Origin: Eledone cirrhosa
Taxonomy: Eukaryota
Reading direction: 5' to 3'
NCBI GenBank assembly: GCA_964016885.1
Contig: OZ024745.1
Span: 119,164,001 to 119,228,000, forward strand
DNA: 64,000 bases
The notes under the pieces are model-generated. The model ran no database searches, was not told the DNA's origin, and saw only the letters and a program-made list of their open reading frames with translations. How positions within the stretch are numbered: the first letter of the stretch is position 1; each line of letters begins with the position of its first letter. The position numbers and the translations under genes were made by a program. Of the stretch, positions 38,180-48,996 are shown piece by piece.

Positions 38180-38582
38180 ATAATTGTTTCTATATTTGGC
38201 ACAAGGCCAGCAATTATCAAAGAGTATTACTGGTACTTTATTTTATCGACCCCGAACAGATGAAAGGCAAAGTTAACCTCGGCGAGATTTGAACTCAGAC
38301 CATAAAGGGCCATAACTCTTTGCTGCAAAGAATGGCGTCCGACCCTCTACCGATACTGCCTATCCACAAGGTTTCTTATATAGGCACAAGACCAGCAATT
38401 TGGAGAAAGGGGTAAGTCGATTAAATCGAACCCAGTCTATTACTGGTACTTTATTTTATCGACCCCGTAAGGATGAAAGGTAAAGTTAACCTCGGCGGGA
38501 TTTGAACTCAGACCGTAAAGGGCCGTAACTTTATGCTGCAAAGCATGGTGTCCGGCTTTCTTCCGATACTGCCAATCCACCC
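38180..38582 (-). mobile_element. Two tandem SINE S1 copies (38180-38368, 38370-38582)
   Basis: Both match S1; the second has a longer 3' segment. Confidence 0.88.
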
Positions 38583-38599
38583 CATGTACAACAATAACG

Positions 38600-40792
38600 A
38601 TGAATTAAAACAACTCAATTGCCCAAAATTGGGGTGGAATATCACCTGGGGGTAGTTTAGGAAACCCTCGGTTCCGAAACCACCCTAATCGTCAAGATAC
38701 CATAGGGAATTGCCCCACAACTCTAAACCCCCCAGTCTACAAAGTAGGACCATTCACTTGGTTCATATTAGCTACATTCACTCACCTTTTAACAAATGTT
38801 CTGGGAGGGGGCTGTATATCCCTCTCTATCTTCATCTTTTCAAGCTAAACTTGATTAGGGATTGGCCGAAAAGTAAAGTGTCTGCCTTCAGTCTTTTCTC
38901 TCACCAAACAACCCCTTTCGCCACAGCCGCGGGAAGATGAGGTACCTGTGTTTGACAAATAGGTTTATCATATGGATGGAAGTGTGTATATTTGAGTTTC
39001 CATGTGTGTTTAAAGGCGGGAGAGAGAGGAAGGGAGACAGGGTCGGAGATTGAGAGAGTGATGAAGGGAGAGAGAGTGAGAGAGAGAGAGTGAGGAAAGA
39101 GGAGAGCTTCCTTGGGAGATCTTCCTCCTATCTATATTTTTCTAATGCTACTTCTTTGCTTAAACCTATCAACATTACTCAAATCTCTCTTTTGAGAGGC
39201 CCCTCCCCACCACTTGTCAACTTTTGTTTAACTAAGTTGTTCACCTGGTCTCTGTAAGCCTTGCGTGACGGAAATGACATGTTCAGCTTCCAGTAACCAG
39301 GTCCTAACTTGCTTGTCTTATCTAAGTTGACCATACAGATCACAAATTTGTGATCTGAATAGGCGGCCATTTTAAAAAGTGGACAGCCTTCACTGCTCCT
39401 ATCTATTTTCCTAATGAAAATCATGTCTATATACGATCTAGATGACTCTATGCGGTTGGTCCAGGTCCACACTGGCGCATTAGGGAAATCTTGTCGGTAC
39501 CTGTCAGACAGTTGAAACTGGCTGACAGGTACTTGAAGCTTTTGAAGCCCCCGATCCTATCAGCTCATCCCACGCAATCCCAGCGTAAGTCTAAGATACC
39601 GTTCCGGTCCCCCGCTAACAGGAAAGGCCGATTCGTTACCAGAAAGGCTTCTTGGGGTCTAAAGAAGTCTGGTCATGCGTCTCCTATCGCTATTGTTAAC
39701 GCCCAAGAACACCAACTTACCGTCCGGGTCTCAGAAGATCGACCTTACTTCGAGATCCAGGCCTTTCCTAAAGAGCACTGCCATCCCACCTCCCATTCCC
39801 GGCCGACTGAAGGGTGCGAAGATCTAATAGTCGTCGAAAAAGGGGTATAGTGCGGGCATGTTGAATATTCTGGTCACGTGACGGCAATCATATCCATATC
39901 TAGCGACCTGAAGTCGTTGAGCAGGTGACCGTGCTTCTAGGATGACCCCCCAGGCCACGAACATTTATACATCCTACACTTAGGATCGCTATGTTGGCAG
40001 GCTAAAGGAAAGAGAGGAAAGTTTTACTTACCTCCCGGGGGCTTGTGGAGGTCGGGTGGTTTGACTTCCACTGTCGGTGTGGTTTCCATTGGGAATCCCT
40101 TTGAAAGCTTACTCGAGGCTTTCAAATAAAGGGATCTCCGCGTCGTCGGAAAAGCTCCCCCTAATGTTTTTGTACATATCTATTGGCATCCGCACCATCA
40201 GTGTTTTGGGCAATTTGACGATGCAGGTGGCAAAAATCTCGCCCTCTTTCTTAATGTCCTGACTTCTTGTTACAAGGGCCATGGGGTTTTTTTGGGGCCT
40301 TCTTAGTAACACGAAATTGGGTGTGTCTGTCATTGTTGGTGTCTGCGTGTGCTTTCTTTTATTGGGCATGATTTTTGCTGACGGTTGTTGGGTTGGCGTT
40401 GTGAGTGTCTGTTTGCTGTAGGTCTGTTGTTTTCCTCATTTGTTTTATTGTTGTTGATGTTGTTTCCGGTGGTGTTGCTATTTTATTTCCATGTTGTGTT
40501 TGTAGTTGAAATATTTTTTCTTTCTCCCTACATGTATTTTTGTCCCTCCTCTCAACCTTCAAATAGCTGTCACATGACAGCAGACTCGGAATTTGAGGGC
40601 CGGTGTCTCGTCCATTTTTTAAAAAGGCAAACAATATACAAAGTTCAAATATTTAGGCTAAAAGGCCCAAATATTATAGTGTCTCCCCTTTTCAGGGCAA
40701 AGACGGAAGTCTTACGACCCTTTTCCAAACAATATGAGAATCAATACAAATTTACCATCTTGCAGAACTCAAATAAACGCTGTCTGACAGCC
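38600..40792 (-). mobile_element. Tx1-like LINE, internally deleted (ORF1 remnant, APE endonuclease, 3' end; RT absent)
   Basis: 39179-39472 WTWTN..SRSYIDMIF..YSDHKFV..GPGYWKLNMS (APE); 38740-38950 matches the Tx1 C-terminus at 47730-47984; ORF1-like 40109-40634. Confidence 0.8.
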
Positions 40793-41149
40793 AATAATAA
40801 TAATATTACATCTAATGATTGGAGGACAGCAGGACTTTGTCAGGGATATTTTTCTTAACATGTTATTAAAATAAGTTGGATTATTTTGAATAAATCATGA
40901 ATGAATATTATGCAATCTATCTACTAAATTTCGTAGCTGTTGATTAAACATAAATATTCTTATATATAATGTATTGCTTATTTTAAGATTCACTTCTTTT
41001 AAAATGTTCAATGTCAATACTTCCGGTTAGCGTCCGTTAGATCTTAACACTTAACTGTACATATATCCTATCGCTTACATAAACGTTCATATATTTGCAT
41101 AGTTAAAAAAGGGGATTTGTGCACGAGTGTCGAAAATGCTGGTCTTGTT

Positions 41150-42212
41150 GATAGCAGTCACAATCAAATCTAGTGCCCTGAGGTCGTTCAGCAAGTGACC
41201 CTGCTTCCGGCCAACTCCAGAACTTAAGGCTTACTGACATTTTGGCCGTTTTTGAATGTCGGGTGGCCCAACCTCCATGTTTAGTGGGGTTTCTTTTGGG
41301 AACCCCTTTAATAGTCTGCATGTTGCTCTTATGTTCGGGACCCCCACGTCATGTGGAAAGCACTCACCAATGTTTTTGTATATACCCAGTGACATTCGTA
41401 CCATTATTAAATTCTCGAGTACTTTGAATGTGCTGGTACTGAATATATCCCCCTCCTTTTCAATGTTTTTGCGTCCTGTTATGAGGCCCAACAGTTGTTT
41501 TTCATGGGACCTTCTCACGAGCACAAAATCGTCTGTTTTCTTGTGTTTGTGCTTGCTTTCTTTTGTGTAATCGTGGAAGTGGTGGTGGTGTTTGTGTTTT
41601 CAGTTGTTTGGGTGTGTGTGTTTGGGGATATTTTCTTGTGTTTGCGCTTTTTCTTTTTGGTTGTCGTTCGTCTACGCTATTAGAAGACGAGGACTCTGTG
41701 CCAGTCTGGAGTGATTTTGTGTTGGCGTTTGTTTATGGAAGGGAACGGGGACTGTGAAAGCTTTCCTCATTTCCCCCCTGGGTGGCCAATGCTGGTATTG
41801 CTGCTGTTGGTTTTGCCGATGCTGGTGTTGATGGTGGTTCTCGCCCCGGCGCCTGCAGCAGTGGAGACGTTCGACCCCTTACATCTTTCAATAGTTGAGA
41901 AGTATCTCCAGATCAACTCCGGACCAGTCCTCTCTAGCTGTTATAGTTACCTCTATCAGGACGGCATCTGTCCCCTCCACAATCACGGATGCCAAGAGCC
42001 ACCACATATCTAGTCCTGGTGGAATCTTGGGAATGCTGACTCTAACTGTTCTCTTTCCACATGAGGAAGGGGTACAATATAATTTGCTAGTTTTGCAAGG
42101 AGTCATTGAGTGCTTCAAAGCGTACGACCCTTTTTCAAAAACAATACAACAATAAATTCGAACGAAAATAACTTGCGGAGCTCACAAAAACACGTCTTCT
42201 CAGTCCGACAAC
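41150..42212 (-). mobile_element. Tx1-like LINE 5' part (ORF1 remnant, start of APE)
   Basis: 41231-41524 is homologous to 40109-40369 (IEKEGDIFSTSTFKVLENL vs IKKEGEIFATCIVKLPKTL); similar 5' ends. Confidence 0.7.
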
Positions 42213-42214
42213 CA

Positions 42215-42400
42215 ATAATAACTGCTTCTACTTTTGGCACAAGGCCAGCAATTATGTAAGTGTATTACTGGTACTTTATTTTATCGACCTTGTGAGGATG
42301 AAAGGCAAAGCAAACCTCGGTGGTATTTGAACTCAGGATGTAAAGGGCCATAACTGTATGCTGCAAAGCATGTTGTCTGACGTTCTACCGATACTGCCAG
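42215..42400 (-). mobile_element. SINE S1
   Basis: Reverse-complement match to S1. Confidence 0.88.
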
Positions 42401-43040
42401 CTAATACAAATATGTCGGCATTATAAAATCAAAACTGCTGACAAGTGGTACAATCATCACCCCGAGGTTGTAACTGAAGGAAAAAAAGTAACGATTTTTG
42501 GGGATTTTCTTGTACACACTGACCGGACCATTAAAGCTAATAGACCAGATATTACTGTAAAAGACTAACATAACAAAGTCTGTTTATTAATCGTCCGGTA
42601 GAGGGTCGGACGCCATGCTTTGACGCATAGAGTTACGGCCCTTGCCATTCTGAGTTCAAATCCCGCTGAGGTTAACTTTGCCTTTCATCCTTACGGGGTC
42701 GATAAAATAAAATACCAGTAATGAACTGGTGAATTGCTGGCCTTGTGCCAAAAGTAGAAACAATTAATTAATATGAGCATCATATGTGATCACAATATCG
42801 AGGCATAAAAATTTGACAAGCCAAGAAAATATAAAGATCTGCTCATGGAAATTGAAAAGACATGTGACACCTCAAGGGCGTTATACTACCAGTGATTGTA
42901 GGAGCACTGGGAATGATCTAGAAAGGAACAACAATATTTGAGAATGATTTCTGGTTTACCCTGTCTGCAAGAGGTGCAAAAAATTGTCTTAACTGATACA
43001 GCACACATTGGGACAAGCAATATCTCTGTGAGAATGATAG
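42401..43040 (+). mobile_element. R4/Dong-like LINE 3' end interrupted by a 5'-truncated SINE S1 (42592-42768 +)
   Basis: ICRHYKIKTADKWYNHHPEVVTE..DFLVHTDRTIKANRPDITVKD..CLLI [SINE] ..KYKDLLMEIEK..LPVIVGALGMI..EVQKIVLTDTAHI. Confidence 0.8.
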
Positions 43041-43284
43041 CCCTCCATGTATGTCTGTGTGGATGTGTGGATGACTGCGCACGCGCCTGTGTGCATGGAT
43101 ATTTTAATTTTATTATTTTGTATATGTATATATATGTATATATGTATGTATATATAGACAACATGCCCCTACCCCCTCCCACTGCAAAGTGGTCGTGGAG
43201 GTGCCTCGGCAAAAAAGCACCCAGCCCACAATGTAAAGTGGACGTGTAGGCGTCATGGGAAAATGCACCTAGCACTCACTGTAG

Positions 43285-43461
43285 ATGAGGTTGGTGTTAG
43301 GAAGGGCATCCAGCTGTAGAAAGCAAGCCACAATCAGTTCCCGTATGAGCAAGACAAGGTCAGCTGACCGGACACTGCCCACAACAGGACAACCCGTCTA
43401 ACCCATGCTAGCGTGGAAGAGCGGACGTAAAGCGGTGATGATGATGATGATGATGATGATG
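43285..43461 (+). mobile_element. SINE 3' part with RTE-like tail and (GAT)n
   Basis: GGTTGGTGTTAGGAAGGGCATCCAGCTGTAGAAA..CCCATGCTAGCGTGGAAGAGCGGACGTAAA..(GAT)n. Confidence 0.6.
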
Positions 43462-43541
43462 CGTGTATGTATAGATATATGTGTGTATGTATGTGTGTAT
43501 GTGTATGTATGTATGTGTATATATATATATGTGTGTATGTG

Positions 43542-43572
<31 letters not shown>

Positions 43573-44877
43573 ATGTATATATATATATATTTCGATGTGT
43601 GTGTGCATATATGCTTATATGTGTGTATGTATATGTATGTTTATGTATATATATATGTATATGTATGTGTGTATATGCATATGGATATATGGATATTATA
43701 TATATATCTGTATATATCTGTATGTGCGTGTATGGGACACATTGCCACTCTCCGTCTTGGTCACTCTCGAAATATTCTAGAGATCCGAAAGAGAGAGAGA
43801 GTATGTCCTCAGGTGTCGTGATGAGTGTGTGGTGTGGTGTGGTACAGCTATTGATGCCAGTAATGCTTCTTGTACTACTGTTAGAGTTGCTTATTTAGAT
43901 GTTAATATTGTTGCTGTTGTTGCTGCTATTACATATGGGGCCTTATCTGTCGTTGTTGCAGTCTCAGCAGCTGCTGCTGCTGGTCGTCTGATTTCCTACT
44001 GTTGGGAAAGTGTTCACTGCATTTACGGTGTTGGCAAAAGTGGTGGTGTGATCTTCCGTACTTTGTAATTGCCGTTGGCAGAAGGCTCTTACATCGGTCG
44101 CGGTACCTCATGTGTAATCTTGGCCTTCTGCTCTCTACACTCACAAACATGTCACGGATGGCTGATATATATCGTTAGTTGATTTGTATTCTTATTCCAA
44201 CGCCTGTCGTCCTATTCTTTTTGTATACATCGAGAATTCCTGTCTTCTTCCATATCAGCAAAGACGGCCGTCGCCATTGGAATAGTTATATCTTTTCCCG
44301 TGCAAAGGAATGGCTATTTGCAGTTAACTGGCTGTAACCGCTATTGTTGTTGCTGTTATTGTCACCGTTCTCAGTTGGCTTTGAAACTTTATTGATATTG
44401 AGAGAAGTGGTGGCAGTCGCGTTTTTTAAATTTCTTTAGTGATAAAATATTTTGCCTGTTGAGACACTGTTGTTATTGTTGTTGATGTCACTGTTATCTG
44501 ATGTCGTAATGTTAGAGGTGGTCTTACTATCAGTTTCCTAAACAGCAACATTAACTCTACGTGAATTGCAGTCGTCATCGGAGGCGTCGTTGTTGTTACT
44601 GATTGGTGCCACGCTGGCTGCGATAATAGGAGGGAGAACATTTTTGTTGAAGATGATATCATTTAGAATGATCGATGTTTTAAAACAATAATAGAAACAT
44701 GTCTTTTGAAATTATCGCATCGAATAGCTGAATATAAGAGTTACGGCCTTGGCGGTGCGAAGTAGGACACCTTATGAACATAATATGACAAACACTGCAA
44801 TAATACATGTGTTGTAATCAATGAAAGCAAGGAGCGTATGAGCGTCGAAGCGATACCAGTTAGAAAACAACGAGAAA

Positions 44878-45020
44878 CAATAATTGTTTGTACTATAGGC
44901 ACAAAGCCAGCAATTATCCCAGTGCATTACTGGTACTTTATTTTATCAACCCCGTAAGGATGAAAGGCAAAGATAACCTCGACGGGATTTGATCTCAAAC
45001 CTTAAGGGCTCGTAACTCTA
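44878..45020 (-). mobile_element. SINE S1, truncated, fused to the R4-like LINE
   Basis: Match to S1 ends at GTAACTCTA(CCG). Confidence 0.85.
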
Positions 45021-47035
45021 CCGGACGAACAGAAAGGATGCCGAAAGAAGTCCCGTGGTAAAAAAGACCAGTTACTTGTTGATAAGATGGTAATGAGGAA
45101 TTGCAAGAGGAGACACACTGGTCTTGCCATGGGATGGATAGATTATAAAAAGGCATTCGACATGGTACCTCATTCTTGGATAACCAAATGCCTAGAGATC
45201 TACAAGGTGGCAGATAACATCAGACAGTTGTTGAGCAAAAGTATGAAGTCCTGGGAGTTAACATCGGGTGGGGAATCCTTGGGAGGCGTGAAGATCAAGA
45301 GAGGTATCTTCCAGGGAGATAGTTTGTCCCCTCTGCTGTTTGTCCTTGCTCTGATACCCCTGACCATTATACAGCGAAAAGTGAGAGCACACCTGTTCAC
45401 CGTCAATGAAGCACCGGGAGGCGTGAAGATCAAGATAGGTATCTTCCAGGGAGGGGTTTGTCCCCTCTGTTGTTTGTCCTTGCCCTGATACCCCTGACCG
45501 TTATATTGCGAAAATTGAGAGCAGGATACAAGTTGGGAAAAGGAGAGCTTACCATCAACCACCTCCTCTTCATGGACGATCTTAATCTCTTTGGGAAGAG
45601 TGAGAAGGAGTTGGATGTACTTGTTGACACTGTCCGTATTTTCAGCAATGATATATGTATGCAATTTGGTATTAATAAGTGTGGAGTCTTAGTGAAGAAG
45701 AGGAGTAAATTGAGCAGAAGCAACGGACTCCAGTACCAACAGGTGAGATGATAAAGGAAATTGACACTGAAGAAGGATACAAATATTTATGTGTTCTGGA
45801 AGCAGATGACATCGAGAACAAAAAAAATGAAGGAATTGATAAGATCTGAGTACATTAGGAGAGTAAGGAGCGTATTAAAATCACATCTAAATAGTAGGAG
45901 TGTCATAAGTGCAGTGAATTCCCGAGCTGTGTCTATTATTAGGTACAGTGCGGGAATTCTGAAATGGAATGTTGCTGAACAAAAAGAAATGGATAGGAAG
46001 ACTAGGAAGTTATTGACTATCTACAACATGTTCCACAAGAGGAGTGATGTCGATAGATTCTACTTAAAGAGATCTGAAGGTGGAAGAGGTATTATCAGCA
46101 TAGAGGACTGTGTTCAGATGGAGAAAAAGAACCTGCACAAATACGTGACGTGACAGTAGGGAGCCAATGCTCAAAATTGTACTGAAGGAGAAGACAATAG
46201 ACCAGGGGATGTCCAAGGAGGAAATAACAAGGAGGAAGAGCAACCTTCATGAAAAATCCCTTCATAGTACCTTCTTTAAGAAAACTGAATTTAGAGATCC
46301 ACAGACATGGAACTGGTTAAAAAGAGGAGACATTAACAAGGCTACAGAAGGAATGTGAATGGCTGCGCAAGAGCAGGCCCTCAGAACGAAGTGGGTGAAA
46401 CACCATATTTATAAGGAGGAGGCTAGTCCACTGTGTAGGATCTGTGGAGAAAGAGAGGAGACTGTGGCTCACATTGTATCCAAGTGTAAACACCTAACCC
46501 AGACTCACTATAAAGGCTGGAGACATGATGTGATGGGCAGGGTGATCCACTGGCATCTATGCAAAGTAAACAATTTACCACATTCTGAAAAGTGGTATGA
46601 GCATAAGCCAGAGTCGGTGATAGAAAACGATCAGGATTTTAGGATACAGACAGACAAGAAATTAGAACACAATAGGCCTGACCTGGTGGTTTTGGACAAG
46701 GAAAAAAGATCATGCCTGATTGTGGATGTGGCCTGCCCATTTGACACGAGAGTGCAAGAAAGGTAGAGGGAGAAAATTAACCGATACCAGGACTTAAAGT
46801 GGGAGGTAAAAAGGATTTGGAACTGCCATGAAATCAAGGTCGTCCCTATTGTCATAGGTGCAGTAGGTACTATCTCAAAGAGTTTCCAGGGATGGTTAAA
46901 GATTAGTCCAGCCTCGCTTTTTGGAACACTTCAAAAGGCATGCTTGCTGGGAACAGCAACAACCCTCGAATAAGTCCTGAATATCTGAGGCTGCAGGTAG
47001 CGGCTTTATATTCATTTCAACACACTTTCCAGTTA
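45021..47035 (+). mobile_element. R4/Dong-clade LINE, 5'-truncated (RT, CCHC finger, RLE), pseudogenised
   Basis: [16 protein letters not shown]; [16 protein letters not shown]; [13 protein letters not shown]; HLLFMDDL; CRICGEREETVAHIVSKC; RHD; RPDLVV..IVDVACPFD. Confidence 0.92.
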
Positions 47036-47041
47036 ACTAAC

Positions 47042-48270
47042 ATCAATGACCAAAATGGAGCGCCTTCTCTTCCTCTTTTAGTGGAAGGGACCTTGTCCCA
47101 TGGTCAGACGATCCATTTGCTGCCAACACCCGTTGCATGCCGCGGCTGATGATGCGCAAACATGCGGTGAGGCTGAGACATCTCTGGTGCATCCTTGACG
47201 GCAAACAGGTGTGGTTGCCGTTTGGCAGACGCGCTTTTCTCCAGCTCGTCTCCTCGACGGAGCTGCAGTCCTGGATCAGGAAAAGACCGAGCTCTTGGAT
47301 AGCGCTTGGAAGCTGGAATGTCTCCAAGCGCTCACCGCCCTCTGCCAGCTGGGCACTTGTATCGGTGGAACATCCACCTCGGTGTTCTATAGAGGGGTAG
47401 TGGAGAGAAAGGGCGACGACGTTCTCGGGGAAACCCTGGGCGCCGAAGACGATCAGCTGTTCGTTCTCTTCAAGAGAACTTTCAGACCGGGACCTATGAA
47501 CAACTTCCAGAATACTTTGGGCTGGCAGTGCTACCGGGGAGCGTTGCCGGTTCGGGATAAGCTCTACAGGCACGGAGGTGCTGTCAGCCGAGCCTATCCG
47601 AGATGCGCACAGGGCGACGAAACCGTCCTGCACGCACTCGTTCAGTGCCCGAGGATTGCTGACTTGTGAAGCTATGTCGAACAGCTGCTGTCGGGTGTAA
47701 GACGGATCCGGTTATCGACTGAGTCCATTGTGCAGATAGCCCCACCATCCTCCTTTAAAGAGAAGGAAGGGCAGGCAGTTTTCATCTGCCTGGTGGCCAT
47801 GGAGAAAGAGATTGTGTGGTGGACAAGGTGGAAAGGGTTGAAGACGGACACTTTCCTCTTCGGCCAATCGCTGATTAACTTTTTCAAGTTTCACTTGAAC
47901 AGGAAAATCAGGGTGGAGAGGCAAGTGCTGTCTTCTAGTAGTTTGTTGAAAGGTAGGTGCAAGTGGCGAGTCAGGTCCGAGTGAACGGGCCCGCTCTGAG
48001 TATGCGCCTGTAGACTGATGAGTTGGAAAAGTGAGAGAGGGCGCTAGCCCTGGTGGTCAGGGTGGCCGTGATCTTTTGTTTGGTTTTCACTACGAGTGAC
48101 CCTCGGAGATTTCCCCCTTCTTGTGGAACTTTTGTTGTTTGAAATTCTTTTGATTTCTATCTTGTTATAACCTATTTACACGACTAAAACCCACTGTATC
48201 GTCCTGTACTGTTCTGTGCCGACTCTAATGTTTTTCTTCATGTTAGCCCTTGTGGCCAATAAAGGAACCA
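47042..48270 (+). mobile_element. Tx1-like LINE 3' part (post-RT, zf-RVT, 3' UTR)
   Basis: KMERLLFLF..KG..VRRSICCQHP; WQCYRGALPVRDKLYRHG..PRCAQGDETVLHALVQCP; AATAAA at ~48258 then (ATT)n. Confidence 0.82.
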
Positions 48271-48322
48271 TTAATTATTATTATTATTATCATTAGTATA
48301 ATCATTATTATTATTATCGAAT

Positions 48323-48502
48323 AGGGGCGGTAGAGGGTGGGTCGCCCTGCTTTCTAGCATAGTTACGTCCCTTTACGTTCTGAGTTCAAATCCCGCCGAG
48401 GTTAACTTTGCCTTTCATCCTTACGGGGTCTATAAAATAAAGTACCAGTAATGTACTGGGTAATTGCTGGCCTTGTGCTAAAAGTAGAAACAATTATTAT
48501 TA
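48323..48502 (+). mobile_element. SINE S1
   Basis: Match to S1. Confidence 0.88.
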
Positions 48503-48824
48503 TCTAACGATATTTAACTATTTAATTGCACCGAAAAGTATCCAATGACAGATTTTTCATGCAAACAACGTGAAATTCGAAAATCAATAGCTGAGGAAAA
48601 TATTGAAGGTGAATTGTGTAAATGATATTTATAAAATGTATCAATCTTTAAATAATGTAATTAATTCATTAATCTGTTTGTAATAGTCGGCTGTCAGATA
48701 TCACTTATAACCAAGCTAACGAAGCAGGGTTCATATCAGCATCTGATAAATTGCGCTTCCGACCACAACAAATGTCACACAATACACTTTAAAAAAAACC
48801 CATTGAATATATTGTTACTTTTTA

Positions 48825-48996
48825 TAATAATTATTTCTACTTTTAGCACAAGGCCAGCATTACTGGTACTTTATTTTATCGACCCTGTAAGGATGAAAGG
48901 CAAAGCAAAATCCGGCGGATTTGAACTCAGACCGTAAAGGGCAGTAACTCTATGCTGCAAAGCATGGCGTCCAACCCTTTACTGATACTACCAATT
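48825..48996 (-). mobile_element. SINE S1
   Basis: Reverse-complement match to S1. Confidence 0.85.
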
